A DNA stretch of 64,000 nt. It comes from Octopus bimaculoides (taxonomy: Eukaryota). The notes under the pieces were generated by a model. It saw only the letters and a list, made by a program, of their open reading frames with translations, did not search any database and had not been told where the DNA came from. Position 1 is the stretch's first letter, and the number at the start of each line of letters is the position of its first letter. Position numbers and translations under genes: made by a program. Shown in pieces: positions 36,879 to 50,720 of this stretch. The stretch lies in the NCBI RefSeq assembly GCF_001194135.2, contig NC_068990.1:20983792-21047791 (forward strand), read 5' to 3'.

Positions 36879-39624
36879 TGTATGACGATGCTAATGAGGA
36901 TTTGTGCAGTGAGGTAATAATTTGGAAAGATCCTAAAAAGTAGAAACAAGGGGATTCAATATCATTAAGGGTTGGAACGGTTGCATGTTGCTTTCAAGGG
37001 GACAAGTATTATTTTAGAATGTAACCAATTAACCATTTAGCCATGAATTTACTGCACCTCTGCATTTAGATCGACTAGAAATTAAATCCAACACCACTCG
37101 AAGAGTAGATCGACTGACAAAACGTATTGCTCTATTTAGCTTTGTCCATTTACCTTCTTTGCTGAAATCTTGCTAAATTTGTCATAATTATTCATCTTTC
37201 AGACATTAATAAGGTAAATCTAGTATTATGGTCAATATAACGGATTCAGTCTTTTCTCGAAAACGTCAAACCTTGACCAATTTAAACTTGGTGTATCAGA
37301 AAAAGGAAGAAGGATTTGGTTAATGTTGTTCTAGATTTGTTATGCCTGAGTAAAAGAAGGGCGTACTAAGCTAAAGAAATCTTTTCATCACGGGTCTGCA
37401 CAATCAGGACTACACAACAATATCCTGAATAGCATTCTGGATTCAGGAACGGAAAGTTTCATTGCAAATCATAAGATAAAAACAAAAAAAAAAGAGCAAA
37501 TAAATACAAAAATCCCCATTAATTTATAAAAGGGTTATTATAATATATTGTCATATGAATGTGATTATAGAAAATAGAGTTACAGAGGGAAAATAAATGT
37601 ATTTATAAAAAGAAGAAAGAGGAAACTATGAAGTGTGTGTGAGCAAAACCGGCTGAGACAAACGTGACACCGTATTGGTTTCAATGAAACATAAAGAAAA
37701 GGTCGAGAAGGGAGAAAGATGGAACGAAAATTCTGAACAAAGCCGTAATGGCTTCAGAATATTTTTGTCAAGCGAATTGCTTTGTTGTTTTGTTAAGACT
37801 GACAGCCCGCCCCTCAACACTTTACATTTATTTAGTAGTTATTGTTGTTGTTGTTGTTGTTATCGTTGCCGTTGCTGTTTAACCCCAGATAAACACCGCC
37901 ACTTTTTAATGAGGCTTATTATCAAATGCGTTCCAGCCGTGACAGTCTCATCATTTAGTTGTTTTCGTCCATATGTATTTCAGATAACATTATCTAATAC
38001 TTCCTTCTTTCATAATCCGTTGCTGCTAACTTTCTCTTTATTCATTTAGTTCTGCATTACACGTTCCATATATGCCCACCATAACATTTTTTCAGCCACT
38101 GTAACTATTCAAACTAAACAAACCAACGATAGCTAGTATTAAGAAACGAGGGAGATTTGCCTGTTATATCTGTCAGGTCATTCAAGCACGCAGAGGCTTC
38201 CGCATCGCATTGCTTCGATAAATATCATTTACGGCGTTACCAGGGTACTATTGAAAATACGTCTTTAGATCAAGATTAGCATCGGACGACAACCAATCTC
38301 AAATGAATGCAAAGGAGTTTCCTGATCTCCTTTATTTATTCATTTATTTATTTATTTATGTTATGGCCATTCTTGAGCATTTTAATCCTTTGTTAAGTGT
38401 CGAACGATGATTGTCATTTACCATTCATATTGATCTTGTCGCTCTTTCATTCCTTTGTGAAATCTTTATGTTTATTTATGGTAATTCATTGAGTCATAAA
38501 AACGTTGTCGCTGTCTATTTATGCTCGATTGATTTTTTTTTGTCCATGTCATTCGAAGTATTCACAATGGTATATGTCTTCAGCTTACTAAATCTTAGAT
38601 TGAGTGGAACAATCAATTGCTGTTTCGCTTCTTATCTCTTTTGTGCATTTTACATAAATTTTGTTTCTTTTCTCTTGTTTATTTATCTTCCTTTTTCTTT
38701 CCTTGCTATTTATTTGACCCATCTGCTACGTCTGACAAAAAGATTTCAGTCTTTATTTTGCAAGAGCGAGAGTCGGAGGGTTGGGTTGTGGGAGAAGTAG
38801 AAGAGTAAGCAAGGGAGAGAGAGCCACGCAGTTATTATTATAGGACAAACTCACAAGCGTTAACAAAACGGAACAGCAGCCAACGTAAAATAAAATTAGG
38901 GTGAAGAAGGTAGAAAAAAACAGCAGAAGACAGCGAAATATGGTGCATAATGTCATTTAATTAATTGTATATTGTCTCACCAATGAAATTACAGATTATG
39001 TACGCTGTATAATTGTTAAATTGTTTATCTAAATCCCTATGAGATATATTTAATTTAGGAATGGTGTTTCGCAATCTGTAATCATAGCTGTCACAACCTT
39101 AAGAAATCGTTGTCACTATCGCATAAAATAATTATATCCAGAACAAAAACAATTGCTATTATTATGGTTTCCAACAAGCACAATGTTATCATTTTAAGCA
39201 GATATTTACGGGATCAATTATTCTGTTGGACACCTTTCACAACACTTCATTATCAGATAACATTCACCAAGGTTAGATTTGTAAATACACCAACAGTGAG
39301 CTTGTATTATTTAGAACAGGAGATAAGCACCGGAGCGCAGAAACGTATAAAAATAAATTGACAAAGCAGAAAACAACAAAGAGACAAAAAGAACAGAAAC
39401 TCTTAAGCCGAATTAGTGATGGAGTTTCGAGTCTCATCTGCTGGAGATTTACTCTGCTTACGGTGTAAATGTAATCTGAAATTTGCATGTACAAAAAAAC
39501 CATTTTTTTTGTTGTTGTTTTACAAACCTTTTAAAATTTCAATATCCGTAACTATTCGCGCACTCAAATTCACAAAGATGCTCATTCACAAAAATGTGTA
39601 TACAAGTGCGCATAGACATGTGTT

Positions 39625-39692
<68 letters not shown>

Positions 39693-40384
39693 TGCTTAAA
39701 CTTAATCTCCGAACACCGGCAGAATGTAGGGCAGTGTTTTTGAGAGGCATGTACAAATTCAAGGAGCCATCTTCATACAAAACTAATGGGTTCTATTCTA
39801 AAGGGTTCCATGAAATAGTTCAGGATTTGAAACCTATGACACTGGAAAGGAAATGACATTGGAAATATGTCATTCCACACAAACGAATTATGGTAAATAA
39901 AATTTTCTTTACGGAACTAAGTGTAATTTCGACAATTTGCTTTTTTGTCTACAAGTGAACCACAAAGGGAAGAATAGGCCAGCGAGTTGTAGTAAGCCAG
40001 TTATTATTCTGCGGCCATCGATTGAACGAGAAGAGAGTATGGATCAGTTGTTAAACTGGATCAAGTTTGATAAAATCTCAGGGAAACAATTAAACAACTC
40101 TAAATTATTCATTCGATGTGGTCATAAGTTAACATATACATCTGCGAATTGGTATCGGTAAATATGTATAAATGTGTACGTACAGAAGAAGAGTTTAGAT
40201 CACTGGTAGCCTAAATTAATAGGTATGTGGTCTGATTGCTCCAATGGATAAGCTACTAGAATCCAAATTCAGAGCGGGATCTGGGACTGTGGTAGCCACT
40301 GTCCAGTATGGAGAGAACCGGTGTATTTGTACGTATGTATGAATTTGTGTACAGGTGAGATGAGTTAGAAGCAGGTATAAGTAT

Positions 40385-40512
40385 TCTTCTTCTTCTTCTT
40401 CTTCTTCTTCTTCTTCTTCTTCTTCTTCTTCTTCTTCTCCTCCTCCTCCTCCCCCTCCTCCTCCTCCTCCTTCTTCTTCTTCTTCTTCTTCTTCTTCTTC
40501 ACATTATTATTA

Positions 40513-40603
<91 letters not shown>
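40385..40603. repeat. Compound (TTC/TCC)n-(TTA)n microsatellite at the 3' end of the adjacent R4-like element
   Basis: Directly visible. Confidence 0.95.
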
Positions 40604-42167
40604 GCCTTTGCACAGCTTCTAACGCTGGCGAGGTACTAAAGTCTCAGATGTTCACTACCAGCAGTGAACTAAGGTAACACCTTCCAGAGTATTCGAACGG
40701 TTCCAAGCAATGCTGTTTTCTTGCAAATGCTTCACCCTTATTTCAGCCCCTATTTGTTCCACGTACTTATCGAGATTTTTACTTACTATTCCCAGGACTC
40801 CGACAATTGTTGGTACTACTGCTACCTTTTTCATCGACCACAACTGCTTAACTTCCCAAACTAACCTGTCATATCTCTCAACCTTTCTTTCTTCCTTATC
40901 GCAAACTTTGTTGTCAGCTGGGCATGCTATATCTAAGATCCAGCATAGTTTATTTTCTTTCTCAATTAAGACTTATGTCTGTTTTCCAATTCTCTGTCTC
41001 TTGGTCACACTGAATCATAAAATCCAATAGGATCTTTGCATTTCTATTTTCAATGATGCCTTCAGGAGTGTGGTCGTACCAATTGTTTGCTCTGTCAAGT
41101 CCATACTTGTTGCAAAGTGTCCAATGGACAAGCCTGGCTATATTGTCGTGGCGTCTCTTATATTCCTTTTGGGGTAGTGGCGTACATCGGCTGATAATAT
41201 GCCATACGGTTTCACCGTTTTGTCCACAGATTTTGCACTTATCACTTTCTCCTGTGTTGTCTATTCTGTATTTTATGTAATTTGTTCTTAGTGCTTGCTC
41301 TTGAGCAGTACAGATTAAAGCCTCCGTTTCCGGTTTTAAATCACTTTTAGTCATCCACAGCCATCTTTTTACTCTGCCTGTCTTATCTTCAACATCCCTA
41401 TGAAATTGACCATGCATTCTTATCTTTACCCACCTATTTTCAGTTTCATTCGTTTTCAATTTCTTGTACAGTGCTTTATCTTTGCAATCTTTCATCCTAT
41501 ACAAGCCTGACCTTCTTACTTCTAATAATAGCGGCTCTGTGAAATTGTTTTACATACCATGCTATGTTGTTTTATTCTGCTCTAATACTGTGTTCGCATC
41601 CAATAAGTCATCTTTCCTCTCTTTTTCATGGTACATACAGTCTGTGTCACTTTTTGGGTGGAGTGACCCATATCTAGTTAGCAACTTCCTTGTCTTTCTG
41701 TCTAAGCTGTGTAGTTCGTCTACTGTCCATGCGAGTACCCTTGCTCCATATCTAAGGAGTAAAACCGCCCAGGCGTTGATAGCTTCGATCTTATTCTGTC
41801 CATTTAATTTCGACTTTGGGATCAGTCTCAGTCTGCGCAAGTACTCCACCTTAACTTTTATCCATTTCCAAAATCCCCAAGTACTTATAACCCGTCTCTA
41901 CTATCTGCTTCATAACCTCCAACGACAGTATAGTTAGCCCGTCCATACATTTGATTTTGCCTCTCTTCAAGACTAGCACACCACGCTTTCTCATTTCGAA
42001 CTCCATTCTGATATCAACGAGGGTACTGACCTGGGCTTCATCTTTACCATAAAGTTTGAGGTCATCCATGAACACATACGGCTTTTGAATACATACCCAG
42101 CTTTTGCTTTCCACAGAATCAGTGTTAGTGGTATCAAGCACAGTACAAAGATCAGTGGGGACAGGCA
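40604..42167 (-). mobile_element. R4/Dong-like non-LTR retrotransposon, 5'-truncated (RT core to RLE), decayed
   Basis: GDCLSPLIFVL, FMDDLKLYGK, YKYLGILE, ETEALICTAQEQALRTN, CKICGQNGETVWHIISRC, RRHDNIARLVHW and VPTIVGVLG. Confidence 0.92.
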
Positions 42168-42315
42168 GTCCCGGGGCGAAATGCTTAGCATTATTTCGTG
42201 TCTTAACGTTCTGAGTTCAAATTCCACTGAGGTAGACTTTGCCTGTCATCCTTTCGTGGTCGAGAAATTAAGTACCGGTTACGCACTCGGGTCGATGTAA
42301 TCGACTTAATCCCTT
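42168..42315 (+). mobile_element. SINE family 1 copy at the 5' truncation point of the R4-like element
   Basis: GGGCGAAATGCTTAGC...GTTCTGAGTTCAAATTCC...GGGTCGATGTAATCGAC. Confidence 0.8.
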
Positions 42316-42419
42316 AAAACTTACAGTATGATTGTGCAAGAAATCGTCATAATTATTTAAGAATGTCAGTTTCAAATTTCGGCTCAAGTCTAATTATTGA
42401 AGAATTATTTATGAATATA

Positions 42420-42860
42420 GGCCCAGGTGTGGCTGTATGTTAAGAAGCTTGCTTCTCAACCACATGGTTCTGGGTTCAGTCCCACTGCGTAGCACCTTGG
42501 GCAAATGCTTCTTCTGCTATATANNNNNNNNNNNNNNNNNNNNNNNNNNNNNNNNNNNNNNNNNNNNNNNNNNNNNNNNNNNNNNNNNNNNNNNNNNNNN
42601 NNNNNNNNNNNNNNNNNNNNNNNNNNNNNNNNNNNNNNNNNNNNNNNNNNNNNNNNNNNNNNNNNNNNNNNNNNNNNNNNNNNNNNNNNNNNNNATATAT
42701 ATATATATATATATACGACAGGCTTACACATAGTTTCCGTTTACGCAATTCACATAGAAGGCATTGCTCTGCCCGGGACTGTAGTAGAAGACACTTTACC
42801 AACGTGCAGTGATGTGGGATTGAACCTGAAGACAGGTGGTTTGAAAGCGAGCTTCTTTAT
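42420..42860. mobile_element. Two SINE family 2 heads in opposite orientation around an N-gap
   Basis: Plus-strand head at 42420-42520 and diverged minus-strand head at 42715-42860. Confidence 0.6.
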
Positions 42861-43222
42861 TTATACATTCTTTGCGTTTAGATTTAAATCGCTCCGAAGT
42901 CGAGTTTTCTTCTCATACGTTAGAGATCCTTAAAATGAAATAGCGACCATCCGCTGGCTCAGTATAAGCAACTGTATTGGAATTTTTGTTATAAAATTTC
43001 TGGAAGTGTAGATTGGGCAAAGGACTAATCAAGGTGACTTGCAAGGTTCTCTTGTGATTCTACTTTCTGAGAACTAATTTCGCTGAAGAGAGCTTTGTAT
43101 TTCGTCCTTTACAGATAGATGAAAATAAAATATTAGGTCAATATTAGTCAATTATTTATGTCAATATAATCGTTTAAAAGCTGTCACCTTTCCTTTTTAC
43201 TTCAATATCAAAGAGTATTAAA

Positions 43223-44505
43223 GGCGGCAAGCTTGCAGAAACGTAAGCACGCCGGTCGAAATGCTTAGAGTTATTTCATCTGTCTTTACGTTCTGAGTTC
43301 AAATTCCGCCCAGGTCAACTTTCCCTTTCATCCTTTCGGGGTCGATAAATTAAGTAGTAGTTGCGCACTTTGGTCGATCTAATGGACTGGCCTCCTCTCC
43401 CAAAATTTCGAGTCTTGTGCCTAGAGTAGAAAAGAATATTAAAATGGTATTAGCATTATTATCAATGTTAAGAGTTAAAGAGATAAGCTGGCAGAGTTGT
43501 TAGCACGCCGGGCAGAGCATTTCGTTCGTCTTTACATTCCAGTTTCAAATTTCGCCTGCGTCGACTTTTCTTTTTATCATTTCGGGGTCGATACATTATG
43601 TATTGTTGAGCAGTGGGGGTCGATGTAATCGACTATCCACCACTCTCGAACTTGCAAATCTTTTTCCAAAATCTAAAACCATTATTAATTTTTAAAAGCT
43701 AAGGTATCGAGCGGGCAGAATCGTTAACATGTCTGGCAAGATGCTTAGCGGCTTTTCGTCTGTTTGCACGTTCAGAGTTGAATTTCCACCGAGTTCGACT
43801 TTGTCTTTCATCCACTTCAGTTTCGATAAAATAAGTAACGCTTGACCACTGCAGTCGATGTAATTAACCTGCAACCACCCAAAAATTGCTGGCCTTGTAG
43901 CAAATTTTGAAACCATTAGTGAAAATCGCCAAGCTGGCAGAATCGTTAGCATGCCGGGCAAAAAGCTTAGCGGCATCTCGTCTCGTTTTACCTCCTTAGT
44001 TAAAATACCGTTGAGGTCAACTATAGCTGTTATGCTTTCGGGGTCGATAAAGCAAGTACAAGTGAAGCACTGGGCTCGATGTAATCACCTTCTCTTACCC
44101 CAAATCTGCTGGCCTTGGGCTAAATTTGGAAACCATTATTAAAAGTTAGCACGCCGGGCTAGCGGCATTTCGTCTGTCTTTACTTTCAAATTCTGCTGAA
44201 GTCGTCTTTACATTTTATCCCTAAGGAGATCAGTCGAGCATTGGACCCGATGTTATCGCCTCCACTCAAAACTGCTGGCCTTGTGCTAAAATTAGAAAGA
44301 ATTATTTTTTAAATATTTTATTATGGTAAAAGAGGCTGCAGAAATCCGTGTTACATGCATTGCGGTGTTCAGTTACATCCCTTTACGTTGTAAGACCATA
44401 TGCCTTCAGGGTCGAGACAAAACGTAGCTGTAATACACTGAGGTCAAGTCCATAAATTGAACTGCTGCCTTGCAAATCTATTGCTTTATGTTAATCTAAA
44501 AAATT
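43223..44505 (+). mobile_element. Head-to-tail cluster of about six diverged SINE family 1 copies
   Basis: Heads near 43223, 43480, 43700, 43925, 44144 and 44330 (the last very decayed), separated by short AT-rich spacers. Confidence 0.85.
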
Positions 44506-45901
44506 TACATAATTACAGAAAATATATTTTTACATCTTAATTATTGGTTTGAATATCATTAGATTTATCACTAACACCAACGTCATTGATAAAAAAAGAA
44601 AAAACCACTTGTGTGCTGTAATAAATTACCGCTGCTACTATTACTACTAATACTAAAATTATTGATCTTTTCTACTTCAGTATTTGATGTACCAAGTATC
44701 TACACTACTACAGCTAATGCTACAGCTTATGTCTGCTACAACAAACATTTACTGCTGTTGTCACGTAGTACTGATGTATTATGCTATTCGTTTTTCCCTT
44801 CTCCTTTCTTTCCTGTATCTGTATGAGTGTGTTTTTAAGAAAAAAAAATGTCTTTATTATTTATTTTGTTGTTTTAGATTCTCTTTCACTTTTCTCCTTT
44901 CCTTTATCTCTTTCGTTTTGCTTCTTAGTAGTAGTAAGAAGCAATGTTAAAATGAGTTTTGAAAGACCTCAAATGTCGCTAATTCTTCATCTGGTTCAAC
45001 ATAACCATGCTATCATTTAGTACAACAAGGGAACTATAATGTCAATATAATGCCGGCGCATGACGGAGGAAACCTCAATTCATAGACTACAATACATATG
45101 AAGTGGTTGTTTGAATGGGTGAGAACGGCGTTCAGAATGGTAGGCTTTTGTTCCTGATATAATGGAGGAGCAGAGACAAATACAAGCTATTCATGTGAAA
45201 TCGACGTATGCTGAATTGATATTGTTGTCCAAGGTAATGAAATCAACACGCCGCTATTCAGCCGGTCTTGGCAATTGTTCTGAAGAAAATTGAAAATCAG
45301 TCCCTGCTATTCGACAAAGCGGGAGCTTTGACTGTCGTTGAAAAGCATTGCGTACCAGCCTTTCAACGGGTTCTTTTAAAGATGAATAACTCTTGAAAAA
45401 ATAAATAAAAGAAAAGAGGAAAAGAAGAAAAAAGATAAAGGGGAAAAAATTAACTAACCAAGAAGGAAAAAAGAAAAATATTCCATTGACTACGTATACA
45501 CATACTGGGAGAGGGCGTGCTTCTCGGGCCCTTTAACCTCGCTTACACTGTGTCGTGCCCACCTCAGTGTACTCTGCATCTTGTTTGAAATAAGGCCGCT
45601 TTTTCACAACCACGTATATATATATATATNNNNNNNNNNNNNNNNNNNNNNNNNNNNNNNNNNNNNNNNNNNNNNNNNNNNNNNNNNNNNNNNNNNNNNN
45701 NNNNNNNNNNNNNNNNNNNNNNNNNNNNNNNNNNNNNNNNNNNNNNNNNNNNNNNNNNNNNNNNNNNNNNNNNNNNNNNNNNNNNNNNNNNNNNNNNNNN
45801 NNNNNNNNNNNNNNNNNNNNNNNNNNNNNNNNNNNNNNNNNNNNNNNNNNNNNNNNNNNNNNNNNNNNNNNNNNNNNNNNNNNNNNNNNNNNNNNNNCGT
45901 G

Positions 45902-45958
<57 letters not shown>

Positions 45959-46245
45959 TTCATTCATTGTTGCTAGTATGTTTTGTTGCTTTTTTCTTTC
46001 TTTAAATCTTCTTCTATCTTCTTTTCTTATGAATCACCCCCACCCACACTTCTTTTATGTTACCAGGGATCTGTGCACGCATGTTTAAAACTTCTTTCTA
46101 ATTTCTATGTCTTCTCTTCTTTTCTCTTTCTTTCATTCACTTCAACACACATTCTTAATTTTTTTCCAATATTTTTCTTTCATTTCTTTTTCTTTTTTGG
46201 TTTTTTTCATTCAAAATCATCCTTCTTTGACATCTTTTGTATATA

Positions 46246-46283
<38 letters not shown>

Positions 46284-46870
46284 CTTTCTTTCTCTCTATC
46301 GTTTCCTATTTTACTTTTTGTGTGTCGCTCAGTAAACGACTATCTAATTTTCATGTTATAAATCATCTTCCTTCTTTATATGCAAAATTTCTCACCAGCC
46401 GCCATTGTCAACAAGATCCTTCCCTTTTGTAACCACATTTCCTTTCAGACACGACCACTTTCAGACTGTTTTCTTTTTCTCTTTTCCCACACATTCACCT
46501 TGACAAGTATGCTTTATTTTTCACGTTCCTTTTCATTAAGTCTTTATGTTTTCTCTTCCAACTTTATTTAACAATTTATTTCATTTTTCTCTTTTAAACT
46601 GTTCAATTTATCACCTCTCTGTAAAGACACTCTCAACTGAAGTTTACTCTACCCATCTGCTTGTACTCCCCCTATATTGTACTATTTTTTGCTTCTGTTA
46701 CGCCCTATATCTTCGGCTGCTGCTGCTACTACTACTACTAGATAAATATAACTCTTGCCCCAGCTATATATCCATCTCAATCAACATTACACAACTTCTG
46801 CAGTTACTTTAGGTGTATATATGTGTGTATGTGTGCCTCCTGGCATAATGTACATATATGTTTCTCTTTC

Positions 46871-46949
<79 letters not shown>

Positions 46950-47035
46950 NNNNNNNNNNNNNNNNNNNNNNNNNNNNNNNNNNNNNNNNNNNNNNNNNNN
47001 NNNNNNNNNNNNNNNNNNNNNNNNNNNNNNNNNNN

Positions 47036-47097
<62 letters not shown>

Positions 47098-47109
47098 TGA
47101 TGATGATAA

Positions 47110-48240
47110 GGCGGCGAGCTGGCAGAAACGTTAGCACGCTGGGCTAGATGTTAACCGGTATTTCGTCCGTCTTTACGTTCTGAGTTCAAATTCCGCCGAA
47201 GTCGACTTTGCCTTTCATGCTTTCGGAGTCGATAAATTAAACGCCAGTTACGTACTGGGGTAGATCAAATCAACTGCCCCCCCCCCAACCACCAAATTTC
47301 ATGCCTTGCGCCTAGAGAAGAAAAGAATAATAATAATAACATATATATATTATTTTCATTCGCAGATATGCATGCGTGTATGCATGTATGTTTTCTTTAC
47401 ATGACTATCATAGTTTTCCTACCTTAACAAGCTAATCATCTTACACATCTTTTTCATTCTTCATTCATTTTCTATAATTTATAATTCCAAGTAGCATTGC
47501 TTAATCATTATCCATTGAACACACATCAGAGTAGATTTGTATTATTTGATGCTCTTTCTATCGTTGTGCATTTATGGACTCACACCTTTGCAAATTCTTT
47601 CATATGGTATTGTTATTATCGAGAGCTAGAAGAGGCGGCGATTTGGCAGAATAATTATGTTACCAGACTAAATGCTTAGTAACGTTTCGTCCACCTTTAC
47701 GTTCTAGGTCCAAATTCTTATTTCTTTAGTGCCCACAAGGGGCTACACACAGAGGGGACAAACAAGGACAGACAAACGGATTACGTCGATTATATCGACC
47801 CCAGAGTGTAACTGGTGCTTATTTAATCGACCCCGAAAGGATGAAAGGCAAAGTCGACCTCAGCGGAATTTGAACTCAGAACGTAGCGGCAGACGAAATA
47901 CAGCTAAACATTTTTCCGGGCGTGCTAACGTTTCTGCCAGCTCACCGCCAAATTCTGTCAAGGTCGACTTTGCCTCTCAGCCTTTCAGGGTCGATAAATT
48001 AAGTACCAGTCAAGAATTGTGGTCGTTGTAATGAACTTCTCCTTCCCCTCAACAACTGTTGGTGCTGTGCCAAAATTTGAAACCCTTATCGAGAATTAGA
48101 AGAGGTAGTGTGTTGTCAGATTGTTACTGCACCGGACCAAATGCTTAGTAACGTTTCTTCTGGATTTTTACTTTCTGAGTACAAAGTCTGTCTAGGTTTT
48201 TCGTTTTTCTACAGTCAATAATATAAGTATTAATCAATCG
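47110..48240. mobile_element. Cluster of SINE family 1 copies (+ 47110-47327, + 47630-47720, - 47722-47948, + 47950-48085, + decayed 48100-48240)
   Basis: Family motifs repeated on both strands. Confidence 0.75.
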
Positions 48241-49143
48241 TCAGAATCGTATATAATCAAACTTCACAAGTTTATAATCCTTTATTTTTATTAGAAATCC
48301 TTACAGGTACAATATCGGTTTTCCAGATCATTTTGGTTCTAAAGCCTTTCTGAGTTAATGATTTTCCTAAACTGGAGGTAGTCACCTCGGTCAGTACACT
48401 TTGAATAAGGCAAATAATAAACTTACGTAAATAAATGAAATATAGGTATCTGTACATTAGTGTAAATTACTGCATATTTTAAGCAGTTCTGGACCATCAA
48501 TATCTAGAAACACGGGGCTGTACCTATATAAGATTCTGCAGAAAAGGCGGAGATCAGAGTTACTAGAGTGCTGGTAAAACTACCTGGCACCTCAAAGGGT
48601 TGCGAGTTCGAACTGCGATATGTTTGACTACAACTTTCATCTGTCTGAGGTCAGTAAAAGAAGTGCTTCCCATTGTGTACGATAGCAGATATAAATGATT
48701 ACACCATATCACGGTTCTGTGCTAATATAATAAATCATTATTACATACTACAGTACTGATAAACCAGTAGGGAGTCCCAATACAATTACTTAAAGTATTA
48801 GGTTACTTTCTTTCGTTTTCTGAACTGAAATCAGACCTGGTTTCATTTCACCTTACGGGATGAAAATAGTAAGTGTCAGCTATATAAAGGAGTATATACA
48901 TTCCTACAAAAATGTACAGCATTGTGTTAATGCAGGAAATAATTATTTACCACGGCAATATCAGTTTTCAGGATCGTAGGTAGTTGAGTTCATGTCTTAC
49001 AAGGGTGGAGTTAGTTCATATTCTGGCTCCGACGTAGCAGCTTGCTCATTGCTACAATGATTTACTCAAACTTTACTCATTAACTGAGATTTACTCGACG
49101 TTTCGTACTCCAATAGAAAACCGATTAGAGACCTCCTTTAAAT

Positions 49144-49394
49144 CAGAGGTTCTCACCCGGGGGCCATATCACCCATAGGGCTCCATTTAAGATTTTGTAC
49201 TTAGTATTTAGCTGCACTGAATAGGTTATACTTCGACAATACGCAAAATATTCAAATAATCATTTTTATACAATTCCTAATAAGTTTTAAGTATAAAAAT
49301 GTAATATGACTTTTTAAACATCGAATGTCTTCGAAGGGTTCACCTGAGTAAAATAGGAAGGGGTCCGTAGGAAAAGGATGATTGAGAAGTACTT
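49144..49394. mobile_element. Probable hAT (Charlie-like) MITE, decayed
   Basis: Left end CAGAGGTTCTCACCC, right end GATTGAGAAGTACTT (imperfect inverted repeat). The 8-bp flanks CTTTAAAT and TTTAAAAT match at 6 of 8 positions. Confidence 0.45.
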
Positions 49395-49410
49395 TTTAAA
49401 ATCATAATAT

Positions 49411-49899
49411 GGCACGGGTTTGGCTGTGTGGTAAGAAGCTTGCTTTCCAACTACATGGTACCAGGTTCCATCCCACTGCGTGGTACCTTGGGCTATTGTC
49501 TTCTACTATCGCCTCAGGCTGACTCAAGCCTTATGAGGGAATTTGGTAGACGGAAATTGAAAGAATCCCGTTGTATATATATATATATATATATATATAT
49601 NNNNNNNNNNNNNNNNNNNNNNNNNNNNNNNNNNNNNNNNNNNNNNNNNNNNNNNNNNNNNNNNNNNNNNNNNNNNNNNNNNNNNNNNNNNNNNNNNNNN
49701 NNNNNNNNNNNNNNNNNNNNNNNNNNNNNNNNNNNNNNNNNNNNNNNNNNNNNNNNNNNNNNNNNNNNNNNNNNNNNNNNNNNNNNNNNNNNNNNNNNNN
49801 NNNNNNNNNNNNNNNNNNNNNNNNNNNNNNNNNNNNNNNNNNNNNNNNNNNNNNNNNNNNNNNNNNNNNNNNNNNNNNNNNNNNNNNNNNNNNNNNNNN

Positions 49900-49931
<32 letters not shown>

Positions 49932-50101
49932 TGTGTGTGTATCTATGTCTGTTCCACGTTTGACCACCTATGTTGGTGTGCTTACATCCCCGTAACTTGG
50001 CGGTTCAGCGAGAGAGACTGGTAGAATGCGTCCTGTGTCGATATGTTCGACTAAAGGGGGTGCTCATGGCCGCAGTCAAATGACTGAAACAAATAAAAGA
50101 A
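49411..50101 (+). mobile_element. SINE family 2 with an N-gap in its internal (TA)n
   Basis: Head TGGCTGTGTGGTAAGAAGC...GGTTCCATCCCACTGCGTGGTACCTTGGGC, tail CATGGCCGCAGTCAAATGACTGAAAC. Confidence 0.85.
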
Positions 50102-50389
50102 TATAGAGACGAAGCATTGTGATGAGCACCGCTGAAAACTATCAATGTCTGTAAGCCTGAATTGCTGTATAGACACCTTTAGTAGTCATGGATACAAAAA
50201 TAACAGTACAGTGGTTTATAATACTTAACTTAAATCGACAATTTAAAGAATAATTGCTTATTTATTTATCACTAGAGTGCAGTAAACAGAGACAGTTATG
50301 AGTCATTTCTATGTATAAGATAAATAGATAAATTCTATGTTGATTAAATTAGGTTCGTGGTTGTTTGATAGAATCTTTAAAGCGTCACA

Positions 50390-50720
50390 GAAAATAGCTG
50401 ACATTATTTGCTTCAGCTCTTTACCTCTTGAGTTCAAAACTCAATAAAGTCAACTTTGTTTAGCATTCCTCTAAGGTCGATGTAATAAAGTAGCTGTATA
50501 TCATTTGAGTCGCTGATATCGACTAAATCCTTCTCTCCAAAATTGCTTGCTTTGATCCTAAATTAGTGACAACACAATTAAAAGACGCGGGCTGACAGAA
50601 TCATTCGGTATCGGAAAAACGTTTTATAATATTTGTTCAGGCTGTTTAATTTCTAAGTTCAAATCCCAAGTCTAAATTTGTTATTCCGTCCTTCTGGGAC
50701 CGATAAAATAAACTGAATAA
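50390..50720 (+). mobile_element. Two tandem decayed SINE family 1 copies
   Basis: TTGAGTTCAAAACTC...AAGGTCGATG, then GACAGAATCATT...CTAAGTTCAAATCCC...GACCGATAAAATAA. Confidence 0.55.
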
